The translations under genes were made by a program, and so were the position numbers. The notes beneath the pieces were generated by a model, which saw nothing but the letters and a program-made list of their open reading frames with translations, did not search any database and was not told the origin of the DNA. A stretch of 64,000 nucleotides of DNA from Eledone cirrhosa (taxonomy: Eukaryota). Where the stretch lies: positions 47,058,001 through 47,122,000 of the forward strand of contig OZ024748.1 of NCBI GenBank assembly GCA_964016885.1, read 5' to 3'. Shown here piece by piece: positions 1 through 13,669 of this stretch (positions are counted from its first letter, which is position 1; the number at the start of each line of letters is the position of its first letter).

Positions 1-1220
1 TCCATATACACCAGGTCCGAACACGGAGGAACCAAACTCCCACTGCCTCCCTCCCCGTCTCTCTCTATTATGAGCAAATGGTGATAGGATATTTGGGAAT
101 GGAAGTACACAAGTAAACAATTATGGTTGTCTGTATATTTTTACTTTTGTATGTATGTAGGAAAATATATAAACATGAGCGTATACGTACACGTATACTT
201 CTAAGGCGGTATGCGTGTGTGCATTATGTAAGTATTATGTGTGTAAGTATGCGTGAGTGTGTGTGCGTGAGTGTGTATGCGTGAGTGTGTGTATGCGTGT
301 GTATATATATATATGTGTGTATATATGTGCATATATGTGTATATGTATGTGTGTATGTATGTGTGTGTGTATGTGTGCGTGTGTACATGTGTATCTATAT
401 GTGCATGTGTATGTATGTGTGCATGTGTATGTGTGTAAGTAAGTGTATGTGTGTAAGTAAGTGTATGTGTATAAGTATGTGTGTGTATAAGTATGTGTAT
501 GTGTGTAAGTATGGGTGTATGAATTTGTATGAATTTGTATGTATATATGTGGGCGTATGTATGTACTGACCCAAGCCTTGTGAAATGAAAATTAGTTACA
601 TATATATGTAACTACGTGTCAATATGTGAATTGATACATAAAATGTCCTTTACCATATAATTACTATAGTAGAAAGGAATAAAAATATTGATTTTTCTTT
701 ATAGAATTCTATTAAAATATTACATTATTAAATTTACAGCGTTCCATTTTCTAATTGTAACATTTTCCACCAATTTTCGTAGAAATAAATCCTTTGTATA
801 TTTAAGTTTATCTTGAGTTCAATAGAGTGAGAATGTCTAGCAGAGACTTGCAAGATATCGTACGTTCTTTAGTACTTCTCTGAAATATGTAAGTAACAAC
901 GGAAACCTCCGCAACCATAAAGCGACTTTTATGCTCTTTACGATCCCGGGTAAATATAGCCGTTAAATGATAATTTCAACGGCTTATATAAAAGACAGAC
1001 AGAGCTAATGCAATTATACTTAAGAATAAAACGGTCAATCACAGACACATACACACGTACACACAAACACACACATATATTTCATTTCGAAACCGTAATT
1101 GTCGGTGGGTTCGTCGAGGTACCATAGGCATACAGCGTTTCTTGGTCAAATTTTAAACCTGGCAGAGGCTATTACTTCTTATGTTAATTATATATATATA
1201 TATTATATTATAAGAAGAGG

Positions 1221-1280
<60 letters not shown>

Positions 1281-1287
<7 letters not shown>

Positions 1288-1521
1288 AGCTATCGCCGTA
1301 TTTTGACTAAAGAAATTATTTAGACTGATTATTTACCCTCGGAGAAATGGAAAAAGATGAGTATTGACGTACGTCAATACTCATCTTTTTCCATTTCTCC
1401 GAGAGTTCTTAAACCCACTATCAGGCTAAATAATTTCTTTAATATCTTTAGTCGAAATACGGTGATAGCTTACATTTATAATAATATCAAACCCGCTCGC
1501 TGTTTCCAAAATATTCTTACT

Positions 1522-1523
<2 letters not shown>
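1281..1523 (+). mobile_element. Fold-back non-coding element in a (TA)n tract (PLE-like terminus; same family as 46432-46662)
   Basis: Inverted arms centred at 1370/1371 (TATTGACGT|ACGTCAATA); (TA)n on both sides; homologous to 46432-46662. Confidence 0.6.
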
Positions 1524-1592
<69 letters not shown>

Positions 1593-1598
<6 letters not shown>

Positions 1599-2061
1599 AT
1601 TAAATAAATGGAAAACTATATTTATAAAACCATATTTATTTCATTATATATATTTCGGGGATATCATATTAACAATATGCTATGCCTTCATCAGACAAAA
1701 TACAATATAAACAGTTTTATAGATAAATAGATTCGACATACCGTAATAAACACCGACTTCATTTGAAGAGGTTTACGCTAGCAGACTGCTAGCGTAAACC
1801 TCTTCAAATGAAGTCGGTGTTTATTACGGTATGTCGAATCTATTTATCTATAAAACTGTTTATATTGTATTTTGTCTGATGAAGGCATAGCATATTGTTA
1901 ATATGATATCCCCGAAATATATATAATGAAATAAATATGGTTTTATAAATATAGTTTTCCATTTATTTAATATTGTAAATATACTCCAAATATTTGTCGA
2001 GTGCTTTTATATCAGTTATAAATATTTACTAGTTGTAACCCAACAATTTTAAATATAACTT

Positions 2062-2068
<7 letters not shown>
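1593..2068 (+). mobile_element. Penelope-like pseudo-LTR element with a perfect 5' inversion
   Basis: 192-bp perfect inverted arms 1593-1784/1786-1977, a unique 3' extension to 2068, (TA)n both sides, contains an HHR. Confidence 0.75.
1868..1933 (+). ncRNA. Type I hammerhead ribozyme (mirror copy 1637-1702 on the - strand)
   Basis: TATTTTGT-CTGATGA(1876-1882)-helix II with CATATT/AATATG-GAAA-TATATA-TA-ATGAAATA; helix I pairs with G-U wobbles. Confidence 0.75.
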
Positions 2069-2099
<31 letters not shown>

Positions 2100-2101
2100 G
2101 A

Positions 2102-2136
<35 letters not shown>

Positions 2137-2151
2137 TTTATATATATGCCG

Positions 2152-2364
2152 ACATTAAATTAAAAGTCGATTGACATATTTATAAAATAAACACATCAAA
2201 CGATGACAGGGGATAATTTGTAATGAGTTTAAACATAGTTACAGAGGTTACATATTAAAAATTAACGAGAACCTCGAATATAGATACACACTTCACAAAT
2301 TATCCCGTGATCGTTTGATGTGTTGATTTTATGTCTATATGTCAATCGACTTTTAATTTAATGT
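2152..2364. repeat. Imperfect inverted repeat element between TA tracts
   Basis: ACATTAAATTAAAAGTCGATTGACATAT...ATATGTCAATCGACTTTTAATTTAATGT, arms about 70 bp. Confidence 0.65.
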
Positions 2365-2475
2365 TAATAAATACTCGGATTTATTCCTTAGAATATTTGA
2401 ACTTATCCTACAGGAGATATGGCGCATTTTTCTGATATTCTCAGACATGACATCTTTAATTTAACTTTGCTAGAA

Positions 2476-2512
<37 letters not shown>

Positions 2513-2635
2513 AGGAGGTGAGTTTTATTGTAGTACAATAAAGCAATGCAGATATCGGATAAGAAGCACTCTACAGTTTGTAGGACTGGAGTATACATAA
2601 CATATAATATCAAAAGATGGTTAAAAGAGTTCCAT

Positions 2636-2708
2636 GTATTTTATTATGCGCATTTCAAAGACAAATATCATCATGCAATAACATTTGTGTTTTCATCAGA
2701 TAAAATAC
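2636..2708 (-). ncRNA. Type I hammerhead ribozyme
   Basis: Minus strand GTATTTTAT-CTGATGA-AAACACAAAT..ATTTGTCTTT-GAAA-TGCGCA-TA-ATAAAATAC; perfect 9-bp helix I, palindromic helix III. Confidence 0.85.
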
Positions 2709-2765
2709 GAACACTTGTGAATATGTTGATTTAAAACTGCACTATTCACAAGTGCTCTTTAACCT

Positions 2766-3290
2766 TCATATCATGGAAAGTGGGTGGAGGCCGAAAGAGT
2801 CCACGGTGAAACCGCAGCGACATTGGTGTGGCTGGCAGATCCGGAAGCTGAGCCCCAGAGAAACACTGATGCGCAGTCTATGGCTGTCTAGCTGCCTGCC
2901 AGTGGAGAAGCAGGGCAGAGGCATGGAGCCAGGCACCACTGTGGTGTTTGGAAGCCACACGAAAACAAGCAAGGCAGTGCTGGTCGAGCTGTCGCGTGAG
3001 CCTGTCTGAGGCCAGGTTGCACTGTATGGCATCCCAAGTGCGTTGGTGGGACTTGACGTGAACAGGGGGAGAAGGAGGAGGGACGTCTACTGGGCTAAGT
3101 CCCAGCCGGTCCCACGTCTCACAGGCGTCCTCACGTTCTCTGACCACAGAGGGTTCTGCTGTGTTTTGAAGAACCCTGCTGACGAGGACGCGGCATGAGG
3201 AGATCGCTTGTACATGCTCTCTGAAACTGGCAATAGAAAAATACTTTAGGGAAGAAGGTGAAGTATAAACCAAACGCATCGCAAAGTCTC
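2766..3290 (-). pseudogene. Frameshifted fragment of a CRE-like non-LTR retrotransposon ORF (post-RT region and start of the zinc knuckle)
   Basis: Two frames give QRTWD...HSGAWLHA and LD..LRISVSLGLSFRICQPHQCRCGFTVDSFGLHPLS, resembling the SGAWL...PHxCxCG..D..GxH.LSC motif of CRE-type elements. Confidence 0.6.
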
Positions 3291-3438
3291 TGAGGAATCA
3301 CTCGACGTGCAAGGAATATGGCACACCCAGCGCCACTGCAGCCGTTACATGGACCCAGTATGTAGATGTAGTTTCCTGTCCGGGATTAATCACACCATAT
3401 TTGAAGTCGTGATCTTCGAATTTAAATGGATAACACCG

Positions 3439-3480
<42 letters not shown>

Positions 3481-3485
<5 letters not shown>

Positions 3486-3598
3486 AAAATGTATGACCCC
3501 ATATCGGGGTCATACATTTTCCTATTACCCACTCTACTATCCTAAGTATTGAGTACTCTGGTGCGTTATGGTCCATCTGGTTCCTTACCACAACTTCG

Positions 3599-3600
<2 letters not shown>
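3481..3600 (+). mobile_element. Short TA-embedded element with a 5' hairpin (family also at 42888, 54700 and 55283)
   Basis: 20-bp arms ATAGGAAAATGTATGACCCC/GGGGTCATACATTTTCCTAT, then GAGTACTCTGGTGCGTTATGGTCCATCTGGTTCCTTACCAC shared with the other copies. Confidence 0.65.
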
Positions 3601-3689
<89 letters not shown>

Positions 3690-3721
3690 TATATACGTAT
3701 ATATAATACAAGGACGATTAA

Positions 3722-3927
3722 TTAAGCCTTCATTATGTTTATTGTTTGGTGAAGCCAGTTTCGCTATTGATCAGCTCAAGGTTAGATATGTATCGCTCAA
3801 GCCCACTCTGGAATCAAAAGCTTGTCGGACTTTTGTTGTAGTAATATCATAATCGATACCGATAGAAACTTGAGCTGATCGAAAGCGAAACCCGCTTCAC
3901 CAATCAATAAACGTAATGAAGGCTTAA
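3722..3927. repeat. Imperfect inverted repeat with arms of about 70 bp
   Basis: TTAAGCCTTCATTA...TTCGCT..GATCAGCTCAAG versus CTTGAGCTGATC..AGCGAAA...TAATGAAGGCTTAA. Confidence 0.65.
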
Positions 3928-4098
3928 CAAATGCTCCTTGTATTATTATACTACATTGATTAGCTGTACACCTCGCTACTGACGCGAACCTAAACATCGA
4001 GTGCTCACCTGGGTGAACCTACAGTAACTTCACGTTACACTCCCTGGATATATATTAACAATATTAATAAATAGAAAATGTCTTTACAAAACCATATT

Positions 4099-4159
4099 TA
4101 TTTTATTATACGTATTTCAAGGGTACTAACATTTTAGTACGCTTTCGTCAGATAAAATA
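4099..4159 (-). ncRNA. Type I hammerhead ribozyme (family related to 1868)
   Basis: TATTTTAT-CTGACGA-AAGC-GTACTAA/TTAGTAC-CCTT-GAAA-TACGTA-TA-ATAAAATA. Confidence 0.8.
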
Positions 4160-4325
4160 TAATTGTTTCTACTTTTGGCACAAGGCCTGCAATTATACCA
4201 GTGTATTACTGGTACTTTATTTTATCGATCCCGTAAGGGATTCGATCTCACATAATAAAGGGCTGTAATTCATTGCTGCAAAGCATGGCGTCCGACCCTT
4301 TACTGAAACTGCCAATACACCACCC
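4160..4325 (-). mobile_element. tRNA-derived SINE (Meta-like), internally deleted
   Basis: Matches the copies at 17929 and 44530 (GGCACAAGGCC, ACTGGTACTTTATTTTATCGA, GCATGGCGTCCGACCCT). Confidence 0.75.
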
Positions 4326-4449
4326 TCAGTTAAAATATAATATTATAGAATAGAGTGCTTCTAATCTGTTGTAAAATTAACTTTGTTAAATAATCAACAA
4401 AACATTGTTTATATATATATATAAAAACTGTTATACATATATATAAAAC

Positions 4450-4506
4450 TGTTATACATATTTCACTGAGGACTATCAATTATGATAGCCCGAGCTCTTC
4501 AGTCAT
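4450..4506 (-). ncRNA. Degenerate hammerhead motif
   Basis: CTGAAGA-helix II (CTATCA/TGATAG)-GAAA-TATGTA-TA; helix I poorly paired. Confidence 0.45.
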
Positions 4507-5134
4507 ATATATCATTCATACAAACAAAAAAAGGTTATTGCTTGCCTTAAACCTTATCCACATTATCTGTCTCTTCGAGTCTGTGCTTAGTTTTACTCTA
4601 CAATACTTAAGATACGTGGTTTTTTATTTAACTCCAGTAAATACATGAACTCTGTAAAAGTAAAAGAATCTGTCCTAGAACGGGTGTCGTTTACTTATAT
4701 ATATATGTTTCCTTGTTAATAATTCTTCTGTAATTTAAAGTCTCACCTGTATCAACCCACTTCAGATGCCTAAAAATATTAAGTGGGTTATTAAAACGAA
4801 AACCACGTTTTCCATTGAAAAGTGAAATATGTTTTTCTGCTCATTCAATAAACTTTTGACTGCTACTATCTGTCTGTCTATCTGATTTGTCTTGTCATAA
4901 AAGCAACCCGAGTAATATATACAAATAACTGTGTGCATGTGTCCCTATGTTTCTATGAATATATGTGTGCGTGTGTCTACGTCTGTATGAATATATGTGC
5001 GAGTGTGTTTGTGTTTATTATAGAGAGAGAGGCCTTGTAACAAATATACATAAATCTAGCAGAATTTACTCTATCTACAATGTGTAATATTTTATGTTAG
5101 CCATTTCTTATACACACACAAACACCATATATAA

Positions 5135-5189
<55 letters not shown>

Positions 5190-6089
5190 ATATATATATA
5201 TATATAGGTATGTACGAGATTTGTTGAAGTGTGGAGTGATAGCATTAATAAACTGTAGTAAACTATAGTAAACCTTGATAACTGTTTTCTCACTTGAAAT
5301 CTATTGATATGAACCATAATAAATGAACACATATAACTACGGTGAGATATATTGCTCACACTGTAGAGAGAAACTTATCACAATATCAAATAAATCCATA
5401 TGAGTTTTTCCAACACAGACATAATATCAATATATATCCCCATTTCATTGTCCACAAAAGTAGTTTCAGCTAAACCCCACCACCATTACAAATGACACTA
5501 AATAAATACAACCAAATATATGGATTTAGTGATCTGTTGATTTTGTTGTTGTTTCTATAGCTTATTTTATTGTCTTTATTATTATTATTGCTATATTTGG
5601 TTTGCTCTATTTGTATTTCTTATTGTTTATCACTTTCTTTCCTTGTTTATTTTTTACCCTTATTCTCTCTATCTATCTATCTCTCTCGCTACAGACATAA
5701 GCATACATATTTTATTTGTGTGTATTTATGTATTTATGCATATGTATGAAAATATGTGGGAATGTATATATATATATATATATATTGATGTATGTATAAA
5801 GAAAGAAATACAGACATAAATGTCTGTGTGTGCATGTGTGTGCATGTGTGTGCATATGTGTGCATATGTGTGCATCATGTGTGTGTCTTACTACATACCT
5901 TTTCATAAAATCTGATTACTTTTGATAAAATCAACAGTATATATATATATACAAACACAAACACATAGATACAATTATATAGGTATATATGTTCCGAAAA
6001 TTTAACAATTACAACACTTCCCACATTTAATAATATTAATAACAATATCTATAATCTTAAGACAAAAGGCAGTCAAGAGGCTGAGCCTT

Positions 6090-6450
6090 TCTGTTAAATT
6101 AGATGTAGGATCAAGATTTGAGTAGAGAGAGCAGCATCAAATACTACGAAGTATTTTATTTGACGTTGCGATAACAGCTTTTTTCTTTATAACTAGATGT
6201 AAGATAAACAGTTGATTTCAGAAAACCGTATCAAATACAACGAGGCATTGAATTCCACGAGGTATTATATTCAATATTGCGATAACAGCTCTTTTCTTTG
6301 AAACTAGAAGTAGGATCAACAGTTGAGTTCAGAGAGCAGTATCAAATACGACGAGGTATTGTATTTGGCGTTTTGTTAGTAGCCCTTTACTTTCAAACTA
6401 GATGCAGGATCAACAGTTGTGTACAGATAACAGTATCATACACGACATTA
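6090..6450. repeat. Degenerate tandem repeat (about 100-120 bp unit)
   Basis: Recurrent AACTAGATGTAGGATCAACAGTTG..CAGTATCAAATACGACGAGG. Confidence 0.6.
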
Positions 6451-6799
6451 CTATGACTGCCAGTCCATTGCCTTTTTCCCGGATCATGACTGATATTCAG
6501 CTAAACAATAGCCACAAGTAAAAGTACGATAACATAAAACAATTACTATCACAACAATAACAGGAACAACAGTGCGGTGGATTGCCTAGAGACGTCAGAG
6601 CGTCGAACAAATGCTTCGCAGCATTTGTTCCAGCCCTTTACGCTCCGTGAACTACCAGTGTCCATTTCATCGACTTTCCACACCCTTACTGCAAGCAATG
6701 GTTCTAAATTAAGAACCATCATTGCAACAAAAACTAATTCTTTAAAAGCAAGTATTAGTGCTAATTTATTTTATTTTAGTAGATCCCTAATTCTAGAAG

Positions 6800-7090
6800 T
6801 AATCATAGGGGCACCGTATTGACATGCGGCATTTCTTTGGCAATAAAAGCCTGGCTGAGCCCATTCCTCTGTAGCCCTCAGTACAGCAGATTTTATTCAG
6901 AGAAGGATAGAAAGCGAGAAAGAGATAAAGAGGAAGTATCGAACCCAGTAATAGACTGGTACATTTTTATCGACCTCGAAATGATGAAAAGGCAAAGTTG
7001 ATCTCAGCGGGATTTGAACTCAAAAAGACGAAAGCCGAAGCGAATATCGCAAAGCATTCTATCCGACTTTAGAACGTCTTTACCAATTCC
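6800..7090 (-). mobile_element. Diverged SINE with an extended 3' part (related copies about 8430-8720 and 18750-19080)
   Basis: GACTGGTACATTTTTATCGACC..GGGATTTGAACTC core preceded by a shared GGGGC..TATTGA..CGGCATTTC segment. Confidence 0.5.
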
Positions 7091-7099
7091 TTGACTGTT

Positions 7100-7420
7100 A
7101 ATGTAAGATTTGAAGTCACAACTACAAGTTAACTAAAACCTGAAGTAAGATTTGAAGTCACAACTACAACAAAAAGCCTGAAGTAAGATTTGAAGTTACA
7201 ACTACGGGATAACTAAAAGCCTAAAGTAATATTTGAAGTCACAACTATAAGTTAACTAAAAGGCTGAAGTAAGATTTGAAGTTACAACTACAGATTAACT
7301 AAAAGCATAAATTAAGATTTGAAGTCACAAATACGAGTTATCTAAAAGCCTAAAGTAATATTTGATCTCACAACTACAACTAAAAGCCTAAAGTAATATT
7401 TGAAGTCATAACTACAATTT
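7100..7420. repeat. Minisatellite, about 40-bp unit
   Basis: Repeated AAGTAAGATTTGAAGTCACAACTAC..AACTAAAAGCC. Confidence 0.8.
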
Positions 7421-8795
7421 AACAAAAAGAGTAACTGTTCAATGAAACAGCAGTACCACTGCTTGCAATTTTCAAATATGTGACACCATTGCAAATGTGT
7501 GACACCATTGCAAATGTGTGACACCATTGTAAATTAGATAGTTCTTTCGAAAGATAAGCGTAACGAGAACACGACGAAACCGTGGTGTTGCTGGTTCTAT
7601 GAAAGAAATCCCAAAGCTGCTAGATATCGTCAGCTATTTTGATCAACACGATCTTTCTGCCAGAAAGGGTTACGATAGATTATCTAGGTTTCAATTTATC
7701 ACATATAATGAAACACCGCACAGCGTGCAAGTAATTTAGTCTAACTTGAAAAATCTCATATATTTAAATAATTACTTACTTTGAAGAAGAGAAAATAATA
7801 TATTCTATTAATGCTTTATAATGAGTTACATGGTGGGTTTTTCATGGTTATATATATATATATATACGTATATTTAAACGTATTTATATAAGTATCTGTG
7901 TTGGTATATGTAATCGCATATATATGTGTGTGTGTGTGTATATATATATAAACGTGTGTATCCGTATGTATGTGTATATTTATGTGTATTTATGCGCATA
8001 TATATATAAAATTGTGTATATGTGTGTATGTCTCTCTCTCATATATATATATATATGAGAGAGAGACAGACAGACACACATATATATATATATAAACAGG
8101 TGTGTCTGTGTTATAATATAATATGATATATTTAGAAGATTTTCATTATATACATTTTCTTTTTTCTGGCTATGTTATAATCATTAATACTTTTCATTTG
8201 TTATGCTTGTATTTTTTTTTCAATTACTAATACAATATATCTTCAATAATAGAACATTTTGATATAATGTATTGAATGTAACATTAAATATTTATTGAGT
8301 GCTCCATGATAATTTTTGAGTGTAATATGATGTAAATAAATTGAGTGAGTCATCATGTGATATAAATATTTTATTACTAAGAGCTCCACTACATAGTCAA
8401 GCAGGGATCTAGTATACTGCATGGTACCCTAACTCCTGGGGGAGTGGTAGAGGCGCTGTATTGAGATACGGCCTTTCTAGGATATTTTTGAAACTAACGA
8501 AGACCATCTCACCAGGTCTGAATATATCAGGTTCCTTCTAAAGAATGAGACGGTGAGGGATTGGAAGAGAAAAAGAGATATAGAGGAAGAATTGAACATA
8601 TTACTAGACTGGTATTTTTTATCGATTTCGAATCGATGAATTTTTAAAATGACATCAGCGTGATTTGAACTCAGAGACCAGAGTGTTGAAACGATACGAC
8701 ACAGACTATCCGATGTTCTAAAGATTGCAAATTTGAAGCTTAGGGAACAATAGCTGGTAAATCACACCAAATCCTCACAACGCAGTAATATATGA

Positions 8796-8870
8796 AGGCG
8801 CATAGCTTAGTGGTTATGGTCTTTGGCTCACAAGCGTAGGATTATGAGTTCGATTCCTGGAGGTGCATTG
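8796..8870 (+). mobile_element. tRNA-derived SINE head
   Basis: A-box-like TAGCTTAGTGG and B-box GAGTTCGATTCC. Confidence 0.5.
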
Positions 8871-11800
8871 CGTCAGCTCGCAGAAATGTAATCTACATCT
8901 AATACAAACTGCAGAGACATGCCACATTTTGGATTATTTTTGATATGTATCAGCGAGTTTTTTCCCAACATAATCAAGGACCACCCAGGATCCCACAAAT
9001 TTTATTGACAAATTTTAGCTACATTATTGACACTCTAATAACTAGTTCATTTAGCTGCCGGATTCGCTGAAATTATGGGAACTGTTAGAGTGCCAGAGAG
9101 GATGCTATGCCGTAATTGTTCCAGCTGGCACTTTCCATTCAAATTAATTAATCAGCAAACCTCGGAGTCCTATATCATTATAAAAGCTGCAATTGATGGA
9201 GGAGAATTTGGGCAATCTGCTGCTGCGGCTGAACGATCTACTCTCCAGCAATAACAACCCTTTTTCTTCGTCTATGTTCTAATACTACTACTACTATTTC
9301 TATTACTTCACCTTTTACTACAATGGACGCTACTACTTCAGCTTCTTCATCGATTTTGTCGTCTCCTTCGATCTCTAGAGACTATTAATTTCAGTGCTTC
9401 TATTAATCAAATATAGACACTGACATCACATCAGACTCTGCACAGTTTAAGATAAACTAAACAGTTTTCATGGTCTGAATAACATTTCCAATTGACATGG
9501 AAAGAGAAGGCACAGAACAACAACAAAAATAATAATAATAGTAACAATAGTAATAATAAAAATAATAATACTCTCCCTCATTCCTCATAGAATTAACCTG
9601 GAAGGTTTTAAATTGCAACAGGGGGTTTAAGCCAGCGCAATTTGGCGCTACATTAAGCAATAAAATGGATGATATCAAGCGCTTAAATGACGTTGTACAA
9701 TTATAACAGGTTTCTTCTCTCGTCTCTATAATGTGCAATTGCAATTGGACACAAATAACTGGAGTAAATTCAGAAAATGTACTTTACATTACTTATTAAT
9801 CTTCCAGTGAGCTTTACCCTACTATAAATATTTAGATAACAGTTACAGCAATATAAAAGCTGTCAGCCCATGTGTCAAGGAATGCCAATGGCAGCTTAGC
9901 CAGTGTCATTTAACTATTAATCCTTTCCACTTTACTTTAAGTCAGTTAACATCATAAGATGTATGTTTATTCTCATAAGATTATAAAATAAACTAGAACT
10001 TCTGTCCTGTTGTATCATATAGTTTTATGTGGAAGTATATTATACAGATTTGTATAATGTCAGAATATAACCTATATAATGTGTATAACCTTATTCACAT
10101 ATATACATATATATACACATACATACATAGAGATGCACATATACATACATATGCACATATGTATACATATATACATATATATATACATTCATACATATCC
10201 ATCCATTCATACATATACATCCATTCATACATATACATCCATTCATACATACATATATATATATATATACATAAACATATGTTTGTGTGCGTGTGCATGT
10301 ATACTATAGAGGTTAATGCCGTCAGGAGATGGATGTATGTATGTGTTATTATATATATACATATATATAACTTGGTGAAGTGTCAAGATATTTTCGTTCC
10401 TGAAGGTAGGATTAGCTTTATGGAACATTAAGCAGTCGTTTTTGACCTAATGTCTTCTAGCTGGATATTTTATGCAACAGAGATATACGGTGTTCCTGTT
10501 CTAAACCGGATACACACAGGAATGAATATATATTATCATGGAGTCTCAAAATATATAGCCTTGTGTAGAATAAAAATATACATCTTTGTGTAAAAATATA
10601 CGTTTTGTTCCAGAATAAACACAGTTGTGGAAACATTGTTTTTCTTTTCATCAAACATACATTATTACAATTCTTAGATCGTGTTGAAATATTTACATTA
10701 GACACACAACATTACTACTGTTAGACCGTTTGGAAAACTTTACAAAAGACACACATATTACAACCGTTAGACATTGTTAAAATCTTAACATCCGACACAC
10801 ACATACATTACAGACCTTGTTAGACCTTGTTAAAAACTTACTATTTGACACATACATTACAATCGGTAGACCTTGTTGAAGTGTTAACATCTGACACACA
10901 GAGAAACAAGCAGCAGGGATTCAAAATAATCCCAAGGTTATGTTCTTCAATCATCTGTGATTTTTAATCTGATTTCGTAATTACCAAAGTCTTAATTAGT
11001 TTAACTTTTGTTAATTAGCAATAATTATTTCTAATTGAAAACTTTCACGAGGACAACAGCAGATTTGTAATTTCGTTGGCGCCCTTGTTGTTATTTTTGT
11101 TGTTATTGCTGGTGATAGTGTTGTGGTTTTTGTTGTAGATGTTGTTGTTATGGGTGGTGATATTGTTGTGGTTTTTGTTGGAGATATTCTTCTTGCAGTT
11201 TTTGTTGTTTTTACAGGGGATATTGTTGTTTTTCTTGTTAATTTTATCTAGATCTGTTTTTTGTAAATATTATTGCTGTAGCTCTTGCAGTTTTTGTTGT
11301 TTTCGCAGGGCATATTGTTGTTGTTGTAGTTATTTTTGTAGTTCCTCATTTTTGTTTTTCATTTTATATTTGCTCTACTAGATGGAGCAACATTTCGGGT
11401 TTTTCTTTTCAAAGTTTTACTCGTTATTGTTGTAGAATTTTCTATTATTATTATTATTATTGTTGTTATTATTGTTATTGTTATTATTGTTATTATTGTT
11501 ATAGTTGTTATTGTATGTAGTTAATGTTTTTTAACCTTATTGTTTGTATTTGGAAGAATATCTTTTATGTAAATTAGGCCAAGTTTCTTATTTGTGTGTT
11601 GTTATTGTAGTGGTTGTTATAGTAGTGGTTGTTATAGTAGTGGTTGTTATAGTAGTGGGTGTTATAGTAGTGGTTGTTATAGTGGTGGTTGTTGTCATTA
11701 GAATGGTGGTGGTTGTTATTGTTGTCATTAGGGTAGTAGTAGTTGTTGCTGCTATTATTGTTCTTATTTATAACCCTGTTGGTTGTGGTGACGATGGTGC

Positions 11801-12083
11801 TGATGGTGGCGTTGCTGTTCCTGATTGCAGTGGCGGTGGAAGCACTGCTGTCCATGGTTCAGTGATGGTGGTGGTGGTGCTGCTGTTGTTTTTGTTGTTA
11901 CTGTTGATGATTGTGGTGGCGGTAATGGTTGAACCAGTGCTGGCGATGGTGGTGGTGATGTTAGTGGTGCTGCTTTTGTTGTCGCTGTTGATGATTGTGG
12001 TGGTGGTGGTGGTGGTAGTGGTGGTGGTGGTTAGTGATATTGTTGTTGTTCGTCTTTTCCTTGCTGTATTTCCCTTAGTTGTG

Positions 12084-12156
<73 letters not shown>

Positions 12157-13174
12157 CGGTGGTACTACTGCTGTTGTTGATTGTGATAGTAGTGAGTGTG
12201 ATGGCGATAGTGGTAGTTGTGGCGTTGCAAGTGATATTATTGTTGTTCGTATTTTCCTTGCTGTATTTCCCTTAGTTGTTGTGGTGGTGGTGGTAGTAGT
12301 AGCAGTATTAGTAGTAGTAGTAGTACTGCTGTTGTTGATAGTGATTGTAGTGATTGTGATGGCGATGGCGATAGTGGTAGTTGTGCTGCTGCAAGTGATA
12401 TTATTGTTGTTCGTGTTTTCCTTGCTATATTTCCCTTAGTTGTTGTGGTGGTGGTGGTGGCGGTGGTGGTGGTGGTGGCGGCGGTGGCGGTGGTAGTAGT
12501 AGTAGTACTACTACTGCTGTTGTTGATAGTGATTGTAGGGATTGTGATGGCGATGGCGACAGTGGTAGTTGTGCTGCTGCAAGTGATAATGTTGTTCGTG
12601 TTTTCACTACTCTTGTTTCTCTATTTCCCTTCGTTGTTGTAGTACTTTTTGTTGTTCTTGTAATCCGCCATATTTATGTCTATAACATACATTACAATTT
12701 ATAGTTTTCATATGTTGTTGTGTTTGTAAATAATGTCACATTATTTACTTCTGACAGTATCGCTTCTGTTTATAACGGGCGGAGCGGGGAGGCGGGATGT
12801 TGAGGGATGTTTTCTTTATTAGGGGCTGTTGGTGTTTGTTGTCTTCTATCATATTTATTATCATTTTTGTTCTTGTTACCTAATTGGTTCCAAACACCTA
12901 TTTTATTTATTGTTTAGTTTCATATTTCTCACCAATAAAACTATGTGTACTAGATACATATAATTACAACCCTTGTTGCTGTTGGAATTGTTGCTGCTGC
13001 TCTTGATGGTGGTGTTGCTGTTGTTGTTGCTGTTGTCGGTGTTGCTGTTGTTGCTGTTGTTGGTGGTGTTGCTGTTGGTGTTGTTGCTGTTGGTGCTGTT
13101 GCTGTTGGTGCTGTTGGTGTTGTTGGTGTTGTTGGTGTTGTTGCTGTTGTTGCTGTTGGTGTTGTTGTTGGTCG

Positions 13175-13212
<38 letters not shown>

Positions 13213-13669
13213 GGTCGTTGTCATTGCATTCTTTTTTTTCTTCCTAATTTTTGATGGTGGAGTTCGTTGAATATCTCTTGGTGTTCATCGCTCATGTTGC
13301 TGCTGCTAATGATGTTGCTGCTGATGATGATGTTGCTGCTGCTGATGATGTTGCTGCTGCTGCTGATGTTGTTGCTGGTGTTGTTGCTGATGATGTTGCT
13401 GCTGTTGTTGTTGATATTGCCGATCGATGCTGCTGATGTTGCTCTTGCTGGTGATGATGTTGTTGTTGTTGTTGTTGCATCAGCTCGTGCTAGTGATGTT
13501 TGTTGAATTGCTTAATTTTGCAATATGTATTGGTACTATGATCAAATATTTTATTGGAGTGGTTCTCGATGTTGTTGAGTGCCATCTTGGTAGTCGGTAG
13601 TAATATTGTTGTCATTGTTGTTGGTCTTATGGTGAATGGCGGTGGTATTTCTTTTATTATTGTTCATTT

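Noticed and set aside
3179-3235. CTGACGA...GAAAC hammerhead-like match on the + strand
   Set aside because: It lacks the U of NUH, a palindromic helix III and helix I, and lies antisense within the LINE coding remnant; likely chance.
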